A stretch of DNA of 64,000 bases from Botryllus schlosseri. Its lineage: Eukaryota. The notes under the pieces were generated by a model. That model was not told the DNA's origin. It was given only the letters and a program-made list of their open reading frames with translations, and made no database searches. Shown here piece by piece: positions 12,507 to 24,316 of the stretch (position 1 is the stretch's first letter; each line of letters begins with the position of its first letter). The stretch lies in assembly GCA_051294905.1 (NCBI GenBank), contig CM119371.1, positions 7,566,001 to 7,630,000 on the forward strand, written 5' to 3'. Made by a program: the position numbers and the translations under genes.

Positions 12507-15500
12507 ATGGAAGCAAGTATATTGAAGCTTCTAGAGAAGCAGCAGGAAATGATGGCGGAGCAACGCGCTCAGCACAAAGAAGAGCTGGCACAGCACAAAG
12601 AAGACATGAAGCAACAAAATGCTCAGCACAAAGAAGAAATGGCGCAATTAACGCAGAGGTTGAATCCCGGGGCATCAACATCTGAAGCTACCGCTCCCAA
12701 GTTTGATTCATTTATAAAATCAAAGGAGAAGTGGGACCAATATCTGCAACGATTCAACCATCACCTTGCAATTTACGGCATTTCCAACATGGAGAAGAAA
12801 AGAGCGTGTCTACTCTCATGGGTTGGACCTGAAACGTACTCGCTCCTACGTAATTTGTTTGGTGCTGCTGATGTCAGTGCGCAATCCTTCGACGCGTTGA
12901 CTGATAAATTGTCTACACACTTCAAGGACTCAATTCATGTGCAAGCAGCCAGGTACGAATTTTACAATTGCAAAATGCAACCGGGACAATCGTACGCCGA
13001 TTGGATCGCAACTCTACGCGGAATCTCCAAGGATTGCAACTTCATATGCTCAAGAGATGGTTGTGATCAGAGCTACGTTGATGAGCTAATGCGCGATCTC
13101 ATCATTAAAGAAACGCCGCACGCGGATGTGAGACGGCATTGTCTAACACAAACCAATCCATCCCTCGACGACGTTCTCAAAGTAGCCACAACATACGTGA
13201 GAACGCTGGAAACTGATAGGGTTATCCAAGGCGAGAGTAGCGGTAAAGACACTTCCGTCGTCAACAAAATGACGGGAAGTTATCAGAAGGGGAGAAAACC
13301 TTCCAAATCCATCCAAGGCAACTTCCCGGAAAGACTGAAATCCTGCAGCCGCTGTTTCATCGATCACCAGAGAAAAGACTGTCAATATCGACATTCAGTA
13401 TGTCAGAAATGTGGTCGTAAAGGTCATATCAAACCTGTGTGCATGTCTACCAAACCTAGTATCAAGCAACAGGTCACATCCGTCAATTTCTGCTCAGTGC
13501 CGCTCCTCTCCTTCGACATCGATCAACTATATCGACGCGTAGGAAACCAGCTCTGGATCAACTCCAGCATCAACGGCATTCCGTTGCCGACACAGTGGGA
13601 CACTGGTGCACCCTCCGCCATGGTGGGATTGACTGGGTACAAAACTTTGGGCTCTCCGAAACTCTCAGCATACCATTGCTCTTTCGTAGCGTACGGCGAC
13701 AAGCCACTGAAAGTGAAAGGTATTTGCACTGTAAGCGTGCAGGTGGGTTCTGAAGTTCGAGTTGGCTTAAAATTGGTAGTTCTCGACGAACACCGTGGGC
13801 AAAACATTTTTGGTCTCGATTGGAGCGATGCTTTCTCCATGACCGCTAAGGGAACGTCTGCTTTGGATGCAATTTCCTCGCAGATGGTCAAATCGCAATC
13901 ATGTAATACTATTGACATTTGTGATTCGAACGACAAATTGGTATCTTTTCAGTCCAAATTTCCCTCCGTTTTCTCTAATGTATTAGGACGATGCACCAAG
14001 ACAAAGGTGACAATTCACTTGAAACCTAATGCCAAGCCCGTATTTAACAAGCCACGTCCCTTGCCGTTTGCAAGGCAAATCGCTGTTCAAACCGAATTGG
14101 ATAGATTAGTCAATCAAGGTATCCTCGAACCAATCAATTACAGTGATTGGGCAGCACCAATTGTTGCCGTCACTAAATCAAATGGATCAGTACGCATTTG
14201 CGGTGACTTCAAAGCATTGAATCAACAAATTCAGATAGATCAACATCCCCTGCCCTCCTTAGATGAAATTCTTCACAAGTTACAGGGTGGTTGTATTTTC
14301 ACGAAAATTGATCTTGCCGATGCTTATTTTCAGCTAGAATTAGATGATGATGCGAAGAATTTGTGTGTCATCAACACGCAATTCGGTCTATTCCGTTATC
14401 GACGCATGTGTTTCGGAGTCGCATCTAGTCCCGCAAATTTTCAACGCTGTATTGATGCCATGATCACCGGCTTACCCGGTGTTGCTAGTTTTATCGATGA
14501 CATAATCGTTACTGGCATTGACGAACGCGATCATTTTCGCAACTTATCGCTACTCTTTGAGCGCCTCACCGAATACGGTTTCACCGTCAACTTCGCTAAA
14601 TGTGAGTTTTTCAAAAGTAGTATCGAGTATCTTGGTCACATAATCGACAAGGACGGCAAACGCCTGTCTCACAAATCCGTTGAAGCAATCAAACAGTTGC
14701 CTAAACCTCAGGATGTTCGCCAGCTACAGGCATTCCTGGGCAAAGTCAACTATTACCGCGCGTTTATTCCTAATTTCACGAATAAGGCCGCTGCCTTGTA
14801 CCGTCTTCTTCAAAAAGACGCGAAATTCATTTGGAATACGGACTGTGACGCAGCTTTTCGCATTCTCAAAAACGACGTAATCGACGCTACGCAGTTAGCT
14901 CATTATGATGTGAACAAGCAGCTCATTTTGTCAACTGATGCTTCTCAATTCGGAATCGGTGCTGTCCTCTCAATCGAGCACAATGGCGAAGAGAGACCGA
15001 TCGCGCACGCATCGAAAACGCTTTCCGATTCGCAAAAATCCTACTCTCAAATCGAGAAGGAAGCTCTGTCAATCATTTACGGAGTCACTAAATTTCGTCA
15101 ATTCTTGTATGGTAGAAAATTTACGCTCGTGACGGACCACAAACCGCTTTTAGCTATTTTCTCGCCGGACAAGAAAATTCCCGTGATTGCAGCGCAACGC
15201 TTACAGCGATGGGCACTAACGCTCATGGCTTATCAATACGATATTCGCTATAAACCGACTAATCAGCACGGAAACGCCGACGGTTTATCTCGCCTACCAA
15301 AGGGTCCAGACCCTGAGTTTGACGAACTGGAAATTCGTGAAAACGCGGAGATCGTTCACGCTATCAATATGGCATTCGATGGCTTGCCGTTAACTCGCAA
15401 TGAAATTCGCGACGCGACGCTAAAGGACAAAACCATGAAATTGGTAAAATTATCTGTCACTCATGGTAATTGGAATCCAAAGGTGCACATTGATGATTTT

Positions 15501-16652
15501 TCTTGGTTTTCGACTCGCAAACATTCGCTTTCTTTGCACGAAGACATAGTCATACTCAATATTGATGGTTTTCAGCGCGTAGTAATTCCGCAGTCACTTC
15601 GCTCGCGAGTCTTATCATTGTTGCACGAAGGACATTGGGGTATCGCGAAAATGAAGCAGATGGGTCGACGTTACATCGCATGGCCTTCCATTAATCGCGA
15701 CATTGAAAATCTCGTTAAGAGTTGCGACGCTTGCCGTAAGGTAATGAAAGCGCCTGATCGTCAGTATCGCGAATGGCCAAAAACTTCTGAAAGCTTTGAA
15801 CGAATTCACTTGGATTTCGCAGGTCCAATAAACAATAAAATGTTTCTTGTCATCGTCGATGCGCATTCGAAATATCCTTTCGTTAAAGTAATGAATATCG
15901 GATCTACCACAACCTTGTGTGTAGTCAACGCTTTGCGGGAAGTCTTCTCTATTGAAGGCTTGCCCATAACAATTGTCACAGATGGCGGGCCGCAATTCAC
16001 ATCGAATGAATTCGATACGTTTTGTTCTAATTTGGCAATCAGCCATATCGTGTCACCGTCTTTTCACCCTGCCTCTAACGGGGAAGCGGAGCGTTTCGTC
16101 CAGACTCTAAAAGCTGGATTGATAAAAAATTGCGACGGGGGAAAAGATCTCAACTTCGCGCTCCAAACACTTCTCGCTACGTACCGATGTGCACCACACG
16201 CGGGCATAGACTGGAAAACGCCTGCCGAGATTTTACATGGTCGGCAGCCGCGCAATTTGTTAAGTTTGTGCTCGCCCTTCGACAAATCGAAGCCCGTTAC
16301 GCCTGGACAATCAGTCACTCATTTTGAGATTGGTTCCTCGGTTTACGCTCGCAGTTACCGAAGCGGACCAAAGTGGGTTGCTGGCGTGGTGACGGAAATG
16401 CTGGGGCGTGTTGTGTACATTATAAAAACAGATCATGGGTATTGGAGAAGGCACAAAAACCAACTCCAACCACGCTTGATTTCACCTGGCAATGATACAG
16501 CCACACAGGAAGTTGCTCAGCCTCAACAGTCCCAAGCTGAGCAACCATTGGTCAGGAATAGGGCACAACGTCCTGCAGCTAGTCCTGCTCGATCGTCGGG
16601 CAGACGTTATCCTGTTAGAAATAGGAAACCCACCGATTTCTATAGACCGTAA
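12507..16652 (+). CDS. gag-pol: Gag-Pol polyprotein, 1381 aa from the first Met after the primer-binding site
   Basis: Two Zn knuckles (CSRCFIDHQRKDC, CQKCGRKGHIKPVC), protease WDTGA, RT (WAAPIV, RICGDFK, FIDD), RNase H (TDASQFGIGAVL), integrase HHCC (HEGH...CDAC) and D-D-E (HLDF, TDGG, EAER). No internal stops. The 12429 start in the ORF track is a TTG inside the LTR. Confidence 0.96.
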   Translation: MEASILKLLEKQQEMMAEQRAQHKEELAQHKEDMKQQNAQHKEEMAQLTQRLNPGASTSEATAPKFDSFIKSKEKWDQYLQRFNHHLAIYGISNMEKKRACLLSWVGPETYSLLRNLFGAADVSAQSFDALTDKLSTHFKDSIHVQAARYEFYNCKMQPGQSYADWIATLRGISKDCNFICSRDGCDQSYVDELMRDLIIKETPHADVRRHCLTQTNPSLDDVLKVATTYVRTLETDRVIQGESSGKDTSVVNKMTGSYQKGRKPSKSIQGNFPERLKSCSRCFIDHQRKDCQYRHSVCQKCGRKGHIKPVCMSTKPSIKQQVTSVNFCSVPLLSFDIDQLYRRVGNQLWINSSINGIPLPTQWDTGAPSAMVGLTGYKTLGSPKLSAYHCSFVAYGDKPLKVKGICTVSVQVGSEVRVGLKLVVLDEHRGQNIFGLDWSDAFSMTAKGTSALDAISSQMVKSQSCNTIDICDSNDKLVSFQSKFPSVFSNVLGRCTKTKVTIHLKPNAKPVFNKPRPLPFARQIAVQTELDRLVNQGILEPINYSDWAAPIVAVTKSNGSVRICGDFKALNQQIQIDQHPLPSLDEILHKLQGGCIFTKIDLADAYFQLELDDDAKNLCVINTQFGLFRYRRMCFGVASSPANFQRCIDAMITGLPGVASFIDDIIVTGIDERDHFRNLSLLFERLTEYGFTVNFAKCEFFKSSIEYLGHIIDKDGKRLSHKSVEAIKQLPKPQDVRQLQAFLGKVNYYRAFIPNFTNKAAALYRLLQKDAKFIWNTDCDAAFRILKNDVIDATQLAHYDVNKQLILSTDASQFGIGAVLSIEHNGEERPIAHASKTLSDSQKSYSQIEKEALSIIYGVTKFRQFLYGRKFTLVTDHKPLLAIFSPDKKIPVIAAQRLQRWALTLMAYQYDIRYKPTNQHGNADGLSRLPKGPDPEFDELEIRENAEIVHAINMAFDGLPLTRNEIRDATLKDKTMKLVKLSVTHGNWNPKVHIDDFSWFSTRKHSLSLHEDIVILNIDGFQRVVIPQSLRSRVLSLLHEGHWGIAKMKQMGRRYIAWPSINRDIENLVKSCDACRKVMKAPDRQYREWPKTSESFERIHLDFAGPINNKMFLVIVDAHSKYPFVKVMNIGSTTTLCVVNALREVFSIEGLPITIVTDGGPQFTSNEFDTFCSNLAISHIVSPSFHPASNGEAERFVQTLKAGLIKNCDGGKDLNFALQTLLATYRCAPHAGIDWKTPAEILHGRQPRNLLSLCSPFDKSKPVTPGQSVTHFEIGSSVYARSYRSGPKWVAGVVTEMLGRVVYIIKTDHGYWRRHKNQLQPRLISPGNDTATQEVAQPQQSQAEQPLVRNRAQRPAASPARSSGRRYPVRNRKPTDFYRP

Positions 16653-16685
16653 ATGTGGGCAACCCTCTAACTTACAAGGGAGGAC

Positions 16686-16943
16686 TGTTATGTTCGTGCA
16701 TTTACGTTCGGTGTCGTAGAACTCTTTCTTTCCATAGGATTAGTAATTTCAGCCAATCATTATTTCCTCGTGTGTCATGCTTGTATTTATACCCTGTGTT
16801 CTGTTGTCTCGGGGTCTTTTCATTTAACTGTACTCTGGATCGTGTCGCTGCCTTAAAGTCATACTGCTGTTAAATATACTGATTTCGTATTGTATAACCT
16901 CGTCGTATTGAGTTATTGTTCAAACAAGATCAAGAACATAACA
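16686..16943 (+). repeat. 3' LTR, preceded by polypurine tract AAGGGAGGA at 16676-16684
   Basis: Near-identical to 12201-12456 and followed by the TSD CCATA. Confidence 0.96.
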
Positions 16944-17054
16944 CCATATTAAAAGTCAAATATATACTTGACACTGAGGCCACTGTTGTTTGGTATATAT
17001 GCATCGAGATAGTGTATACACAGTGTACAGCGAGAACATGTTTATATCCTAGGG

Positions 17055-18541
17055 AAAGGGTCGGCAACCTACGGCCCGCCAAGCGAAATCGTCCGGCCCG
17101 CGACGAAATAACTAGCTACCACGAGAATACGGCCCGCCGTTTCGTAATGAGTTCCGATCTGCAGTGCAGCACTGCTTGGAAAGAATGCGGCATCGCTCTG
17201 ATATAAAGTATCCAACGTCGTGTTAGTCTATTGTTACGCCATAAAACTGGTGCGAAGGCGGTCGACTAGTAGCCAATCTCGTACTAAAAGTAGGAGATGG
17301 AGAATGTCTGTGGAATAGACCCGACTATAGTGCTTATCAAGCGGGTGTGTCGCGCAACCGAGGGTATACCATACTTTTTTAAGGGTTTGCCACTCAGATA
17401 GGGTGCGACAATAAAGGTGCAGTTCCTCTGCTCGGACGCAAATCTAAAACTTTCCCTTTTTCATTATAGATAACTAGCATCCGCAGGTTACTAATCTGTA
17501 GTTTAATTCACCAGAAGACATTTTACGCTAAGACAACAAACCTCAATGGTGTTTTGGACACAATGGTGAAAGCTGAATTTGTCTCACAAACTGAATCACC
17601 GACAGTTAGCCTACCTCAGATATTACTAGAAGCAGAGCATAAATATGGCGATGTCTTGTATATCTGCCTTTCCTAACCCTTTCCTTGAAAATACAAACAT
17701 CGTCGATTCATAATCTTGTCATGAAAAATGGGTATCTAATCTAGCTTTTGTAGTATATTTAACGTCACATCTAAACAAATTGAATATGCAACATCAGGGG
17801 GAAACAACAAAATACATGATGTTGACACGCATTCAAAACAGAACTACGACTCTGGGAGTGTCAACAGTACAAAGAATATTATGCTCACTTTCCTGTAGCC
17901 TACTGGAGGAGAGTAAACCTAGTACCATCAATATACATTTGTAACTGTGATATACGAAATTTAATTACTGAATTTCCATCCGCTTTTCCGACATTCGTTC
18001 TGTACAAAATAAATTCTGACTACTCAGTACTCCATTTAATGTGGACGCCAAAACCATTGCCAGAAAATTTCAATTGGGCCCATTTGAAATGCGATGCAGT
18101 TGAATTGAATGACAAATTTTATACAAAGAGCATATCGCTGAATGACTTTGACAAAGAGTACGTTCTTGAAATGGGTCTTCATCCCGGCTTGACCAACAAT
18201 GCAAAAGAAATGGCAACAAGGAAATTCACGAAGAGCAAGCTAAGATCACGTATTCCAACGCCCATTTAGAATATGGTTTGATTCTTGCTTCATCTGACTT
18301 GTTACCAGAAGTTGAAAACCTTTCACAACGCAAGCTGCGCCAAGTGTCACATTTATCCTACGTTGTCGAAGTGTAAATACATGTCTTTTGCTCTTTTGTG
18401 ATTTGTATGATAGAGATTGCAGCATTTTAGGGTAATATACCGACGTGAGCGATAAATATAGTATTAAGAAAAATTCCGGCCCGCCAAAATGTTGTGGACT
18501 CGAAATTTGGCCCGTTACTAGCAAAAGGTTGCCGACCCCTG
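17055..18541 (+). mobile_element. Decayed, internally deleted hAT (SPIN/Buster, GTF2IRD2-like transposase) element
   Basis: TIR GGGTCGGCAACC / GGTTGCCGACCCCTG and TSD TCCTAGGG vs TCCAAGGG. Fragmented transposase motifs LNHRQ, KYGDVLY, EKWVSNLAFVVYLTSHLNKLNMQHQG and KSKLRSRI. Confidence 0.85.
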
Positions 18542-19094
18542 TCCAAGGGCGTCGCTTATATATTCGTCTCAATTCCCTTTTGTGACATGCATGGTTTCCA
18601 ATATTTCTCGAACCTCAGAATTGGTAATCGGTGTTTTACTGATGACGAAATTGCGGGTATACCTGCCCTATATTACAAAAACTACGGAGTACAGGCTGCG
18701 AATCCAGCCTGCATAGGCTTGGCGCCTATGTTTGAACATGGTTACCGGTTAGTTAAAAATGATGAATTCTTAATTTTGTGAGTAATTATCCTAATATTAT
18801 GTGAATTCAGCCGTCAGTAAAATACATCCGAGCCGGAGCTACTATTCATACAACCGGCTTCAGCTCCAGCTTCACTTGAATTTTATGTAGCTCCGGCTCT
18901 GCTGAAATTGCGCGGCTCCGGGGATCCGGCTCCAAAGCACTGATATAAATCACAATTACAAATGCCATGTCTTTCATTTATTTAATCATCTCAAAATGTT
19001 CAAAACACGACAGAAAGTTGAGACTCTGTGATGATACTGAGAGTGAATACAGCATCTCTGCGATGCGAGTGTTAATATAATCGCGCATTTTCTG

Positions 19095-19942
19095 TCAATT
19101 TTTCAAGGCAATTACCACGCCATGGTTGATCACTTTGATGTTTATGCTACTCGAATCCAAATCTTCTTTTGACCAGGTCCTCTTCACGGTGTGTATTAAT
19201 TCCGTGACTGGATTTTCTGTGGGACTGCCGCCAAGCTGGTAGGACGGAATGGAAAGTAAATGACTGCCCCATTCGCCAAGAGTAGTCTCGAGAACACTCT
19301 TTGTTTCGATTCTCTCTTTATCCTTGTAATCAATTTCTTGGAACTGGGCCCAGTGGAGGTCGCATACTATGTTGGCAGCAGGATGTGATATTTCCCTCGC
19401 CCTCTCAGACAACCTTTTGTTCATTGCAGAAACTTCATCATAAATGGCGGGTAGATCGTCGTCGTCTCTGGAAATAATCTTGAATGTTTTATCAGCATAA
19501 AATAATGCGATACCTTTTTGTTTCAAGACGCGTCTGCATTCCGGTATAAAGGTCTTCACGTCAAGGTAGTGCAAACCGAATATACTTGTGACTACGTCGA
19601 CAGAATGATCAGCAAGTGGCAATTTCTCCGCGGCTGAGCAATGAAACTCGACTTGTTCGGAGTTGTTGCGGCGAACCGCAAGTGCTATCTGTCCGACGCT
19701 AGAGTCTACTCCTATCGCATGACGAAAGCTTTTGCCAGCAGCCTTGTCATTTCACCGCTGCCGCACGCCACGTCGAGTAAACATTCAAGTTTTTTGCCGT
19801 CAAATTTTCCATACTTTTTCAGGTATTCAAAAATCAACTATACGGTAAATTCGTTCAGCCCATCTGGCTTTGCGCTGTTGAATCGCTGTAGAACGCTTTC
19901 AGAACCGTAGTCATCTTCATAACGCTTTGTCGCAATAGACAT
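19095..19942 (-). pseudogene. Class I SAM-dependent methyltransferase (Methyltransf_11-like), disabled
   Basis: Reconstructed protein MSIATKRY...EFTV*LIFEYLKKYGKFDGKKLECLLDVACGSGEMTRLLAK(fs)FRHAIGVDSSVGQI...CSAAEKLPLADHSVDVVTSIFGLHYLD...ECRRVLKQKG carries SAM-binding motifs. In-frame TAG at 19840-19838 and a 1-nt frameshift near 19730. AATAAA at 18982-18977 and a putative 5'UTR intron at 20065-19967. Confidence 0.88.
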
Positions 19943-20514
19943 ATTTGCTAAGTTTCCTTTATGTACCTGACGATTTTCGTGCAATCTATGCGATGCTGCC
20001 ACTAATAATATAACATTGCTGCTGTAATATTGAGTTAAATTACGATTCAATGAGTTCGTACTCACCCGTGGCTCATTTCCGCAGAGCGGTATGTCATTTC
20101 CCCGTTCATTTGCTCGTGTGAAATTCAGAGAATAAATATGCTAGGGGTGTCAAACATACGGCTCGCCAGACGATTTCATCCGGCCCGCAAAGCATTTCTG
20201 AAAACTGGCAGCATATTTCTGACAATTGTAGAGATTTTGAGTACGAAATACCTTCATCAAATAATCCCTCAATACAGAAATGTTGAGTATGCGTTGAAAA
20301 TCTATAGAGAGCGTTGGTGACGATTTCAGCATGGATACGCTTAGCTCCAAAGACAACGATGTGACTGCACACACACGCTTCGTTGCCTGCGAATCTGTGT
20401 CGATGTTTGCGGTCTCACAGAGACGTTGGTAACTGTGAATTGCGCCAAGCATGCATCAAGCCTAAAAGCTGTTTTGTCGCACAATACAAATCCAAGCGCT
20501 TCTATCCTGTGGAT

Positions 20515-22084
20515 CAGTGGTTCCCAAAGTGGGTGCCAGCGCCCCCTAGGGGCGTTCGCGAGCGCGGAGGGGGCGCTGGCCATGAAATGGGCGATTAGGG
20601 AGCGCTGGCTAGAAAATGGGGCGGTAGGGGGGCGCTGAAAGCAAATGCAGGGAGTGAAGGCTTAGAATGAGGCAACTGCTGCGTACAGTGTTAAAACGAT
20701 TGATTAATAAAGCAACTGGATTCCCAGGAAAAATGCATAATAGATTAGGGAAGGGCAATTTAGGGTCGTCCGTCTATTTAATCAGCCGTATCGGTAAAGT
20801 CCATTATTACTTGACAATGTTATTCCTGCTCATCAATAGACTAATTTAGCAGCCGGAAGCATCCCCGACAAGCGTGGTTCATTGTGTGCTGTCGTGAGAA
20901 CTACGATGTGTATTTGAGCAGTTATTGCTCACTCAAGATGTGATGGCTTTTTAAGAGAAACTGTCTTGCGTGATTTTATTATCTGTTTCAAACGATCGTG
21001 GAATTTCCAAAGCGCTGTCACCGTGGCCTTCGACACGGCGTTCTGGTTGCGAGAAACGACATCACTCCTACTTGACGGTCGTATTTCTCAAAATTTAAGG
21101 GTAGAATACATCCATTCTTAGTAATGATAGAGGTGAACATGGCACTGTCTGTTTTCGGTGACAAGTCAGTGATAATTCACCGGAATTTTGCAACACAACA
21201 AATGTTCCAATTCTCAAGCTTGCTTTGAGCTACCGGTCCAATTCGAATACCTGATTTTGATGGAGAAACACGAATCAATCATCTCACAAAATTACAGGAG
21301 GATGGTGATTTGGTTCCAGGATATATTCCAATTAGAAATTCATCGCCGGATATTCAATCCATTCTGTGTAGTTTCCGGGCATGAAATGTTTGAGCAGCTG
21401 ATTACAATGTAGTTAGGGTAACATACGTCCTCTTTTTGACTTTTTTGAAAGTGCCCTCGGAGGACGCCTAAATGTCCTCTTATTTGAGAATTTGTCCTAT
21501 TTTTTTAAAAAATTTTGGTTAAATGTATGTGGAAATTTGACTGAGATATAGGAAATCAGCGCTCGGCGGATTTTTTGGGACCTGAGCCAGGAAAAATGAC
21601 CTTTTTTCTACTAACTCAGAAAAAAATCACCATTTTCCGGATTTTATTCAAGTATTGTAAGTCTGAAAATCTTTAAAAAGCTTCCTCTTTTCAGATTCCC
21701 AAAATATGTTAGCCCTGATTGAAGTGTAGAAAAATTTTGAGTTGAAAAGTTCATATCTCTAATCAATCGTTCTGGGTACACAATTGAATAAAAAATAAAC
21801 ACTCTGGTAGGAGTCAGGGTTGGCTTTATTTCGTCGTTGTCCTTCCCCGCTTATATTTGATAGAACGTGTTCTCAGCGCCGTGACCAAGCTCCTGACTCA
21901 CATCAGAAACCGACTTGCCAGAAGGCGTACATGAAGTGAACACTGGAGATTTTAGATTGATTTTGTTCCAGACTGATATTGTTCGTATCCAAATTCAAAA
22001 CCAATATGTCGAGAATGATGGGGGAGGGTGGCACTTCTTCCGTTGTCCAGGATGCGGCAGCTCAAAAAAGTTTGAGAGACACTG
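20515..22084 (+). mobile_element. Decayed hAT (Charlie/Buster, SCAND3-like) element
   Basis: Termini CAGTGGTTCCCAAA / TTTGAGAGACACTG and TSD CTGTGGAT vs CTGTAGAT. Transposase C-terminal relic ERVLSAVTKLLTHIRNRL...GDFRLIL. Confidence 0.85.
21414..21717. mobile_element. Older Blackjack-like MITE of the same family as 9734-10501, nested in 20515-22084
   Basis: Shares ACGTCCTCTTTT, GACTTTTTTGAAAGTG and CTCGGAGGACGCC with 9734-9850. Degenerate TSD (6/8). Carries a single ATGACCTTTTTT motif. Confidence 0.75.
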
Positions 22085-24316
22085 CTGTAGATGGTAAAAC
22101 TGGCATCAAGGGGTCTCACGAGAATATGAAACTTTTGATTTCAAATTTGGAATATAGTACTCAAACTACTCAAACGTGTAAAGTTTCCGTTGATTTGAAT
22201 TCATAAATATGCTACTGGCTCGCCTGTCTAGAAGTACAAGGTATCCCTGTTTCATGTATGAATGGGACAGGAGAAATCATTGAATTAAACGTAAGTGGCC
22301 GATGAGGTAGTATCTTACACCAGGCTTCAAAATCTTTCAGAGCGTGCTCTTATCGACAGATCTAATGTTGTATTTGCACCATTATATATTGACCTGATCT
22401 CATGAAAAAGTTTTCAAATGCTATGATCAAAGATAAATACATTCACGAAAGGTTTCTTAACTGGAGTTAATACAGTAGAGGGCGTATTTTCATTGCACCT
22501 CAAATCAGAACACTCACCCAAAACTGTATTTCTTATTAGTAAGGCGGATTTTGAAAAAAAAAGACTCCCTTTCATTGAAGTTCCATCCAAATTTCTTTGA
22601 AATACCAAGGATCCGGATTATTTGGAGGGTTTAGTTTAGGATAATACCACCTCATCATTGCGGCCGTCTTTTTGATACGAAGGCCAGGAGGTTTACAGGT
22701 AGAGCAAGCAGGTTATATTCGCAAGTCACCATGTTCGAAATCAGTTGAAATAAAAACGTTATATTCATTTGGAAGTATTTCGTGGTAAAACTACAAACTT
22801 CTGATAGACATATGTGCTTGATGATAATAACAATTCTCGTTTATTTAGCATTGCATCATGGGACTGATCAACTCACCTGGCGAACCGCCAGGATCTGGAC
22901 CGCGTGCATATGACATGGCATGCCTGTCCAATTGTTTTACCTATTGACAATTTCGTCCCATCTGAATGGTTCAAATGATAAAATTATGGAAAGTATTTAA
23001 ATAAACGATGGGCTGGACAAGGTCTCACGATAGAAATGGTATACAAGGCAGTTTACAATGTTCGCTATAAATCTGGGTGACAGCGATATATAGCTTCAAG
23101 TTCAGTGCCGCCAGTTACCAATTTCGTATATTTACGGTATAACGATGATTCGAAATTTTCAAATTGTTAAAGATAGTCAGTAGCAAGCTACTTCTACTTG
23201 TTTGGAATACTCAAGTAGGTTTTACTTACCTGTACTAATTACTCATGTTGTTTCGTTTTTAGACTACTTTCACTTATACCTGAACAGTATTCGGACAAAA
23301 CCACTGTACAACTTGGATTTTCAAAAGTAAAATACAGTTGGAAAGAAGATAGGTTAGCGTCACTTCTATGAGAGAGAAGAGCCGTGTAGACTGTACAATA
23401 GCACCCGTATCACGCTCATGAGGGTTCCCAACCAGTTGACCATGAATATATCGGATTGTGGAAGCTATATCCTAGCAACTCCTTTGTTCGCGAACGATTT
23501 GATTTACAAACATACCGCGATTGGCCGATTGAATACATTGGCCACAAAACCGGTGGGTCACGGCGATGTTGTTCCGCTTGGTCTTGCGTATTGTGGGGAT
23601 CCGTAATTAGGCAATCATTGCTTCCCTTTGATTGCTTCTTTTGTACGTTACATTGTTCCCATTTTCGTGTCATTCTATCCTTTTCTGTTCTGCTGTATGT
23701 TAGTGTTCCGTTGTTACATTTACGTCAATATAGCTTTAGTTAATTATGTCGACGCGATCGTCAGTTTACGACACGTATGCATTTGTGATTGCGATAAAGA
23801 TGTCTGTTTGTAAATGCAGACGCTTCCAAGTAGGTTCATTTTTATTAAATCGCGTCGTGGGATCGATGGATACGATACAGAGATTCGAGTCATGGCGTGA
23901 AAAGGCTGATTTTACCTCAACAGCGAACCAATTCGCTCGCGACTCTGAAGAAAGTATTAGAATGAAAATTGTTTTACGCAGATAGCATACTTTGCAATAT
24001 GGAATAGAAGTAGATTTTGTATACTTGTAATACTAACTCAAATAAGTTTGGTGAACCTGTAAAGAATTGTAAAAGGAACATGCAGTCTTGTCATTTCCAC
24101 TGTAATTACGATAGAGGTTAAGAAATTGTAGCATTGATAGAGCTGGTGAGCTGAAAATTTGAATTGTGAGCGACACTATTTCTATTCGTTTTTCAAGCAT
24201 TATAATCCATATCAGCGGTTCTTAACCCAGGGTCCACTTACCTCTGCCTCTTAATTTACAGCATGAACATTACATAATATTTGATTTTTCAAACTCGTAG
24301 AAATATTTAAGTACTA

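Larger units (their letters stand above)
12201..16943 (+). mobile_element. Full-length Ty3/Gypsy LTR retrotransposon (Mag-like), structurally intact
   Basis: Two TG...CA LTRs of 256 and 258 bp, 5-bp TSD CCATA (12196-12200 and 16944-16948), primer-binding site, polypurine tract, and a single gag-pol ORF in Gypsy order PR-RT-RH-IN. Confidence 0.97.

Noticed and set aside
13073..16318. Antisense and alternate-frame ORFs within gag-pol
   Set aside because: These are short shadow ORFs of a long coding region with no recognisable motifs.
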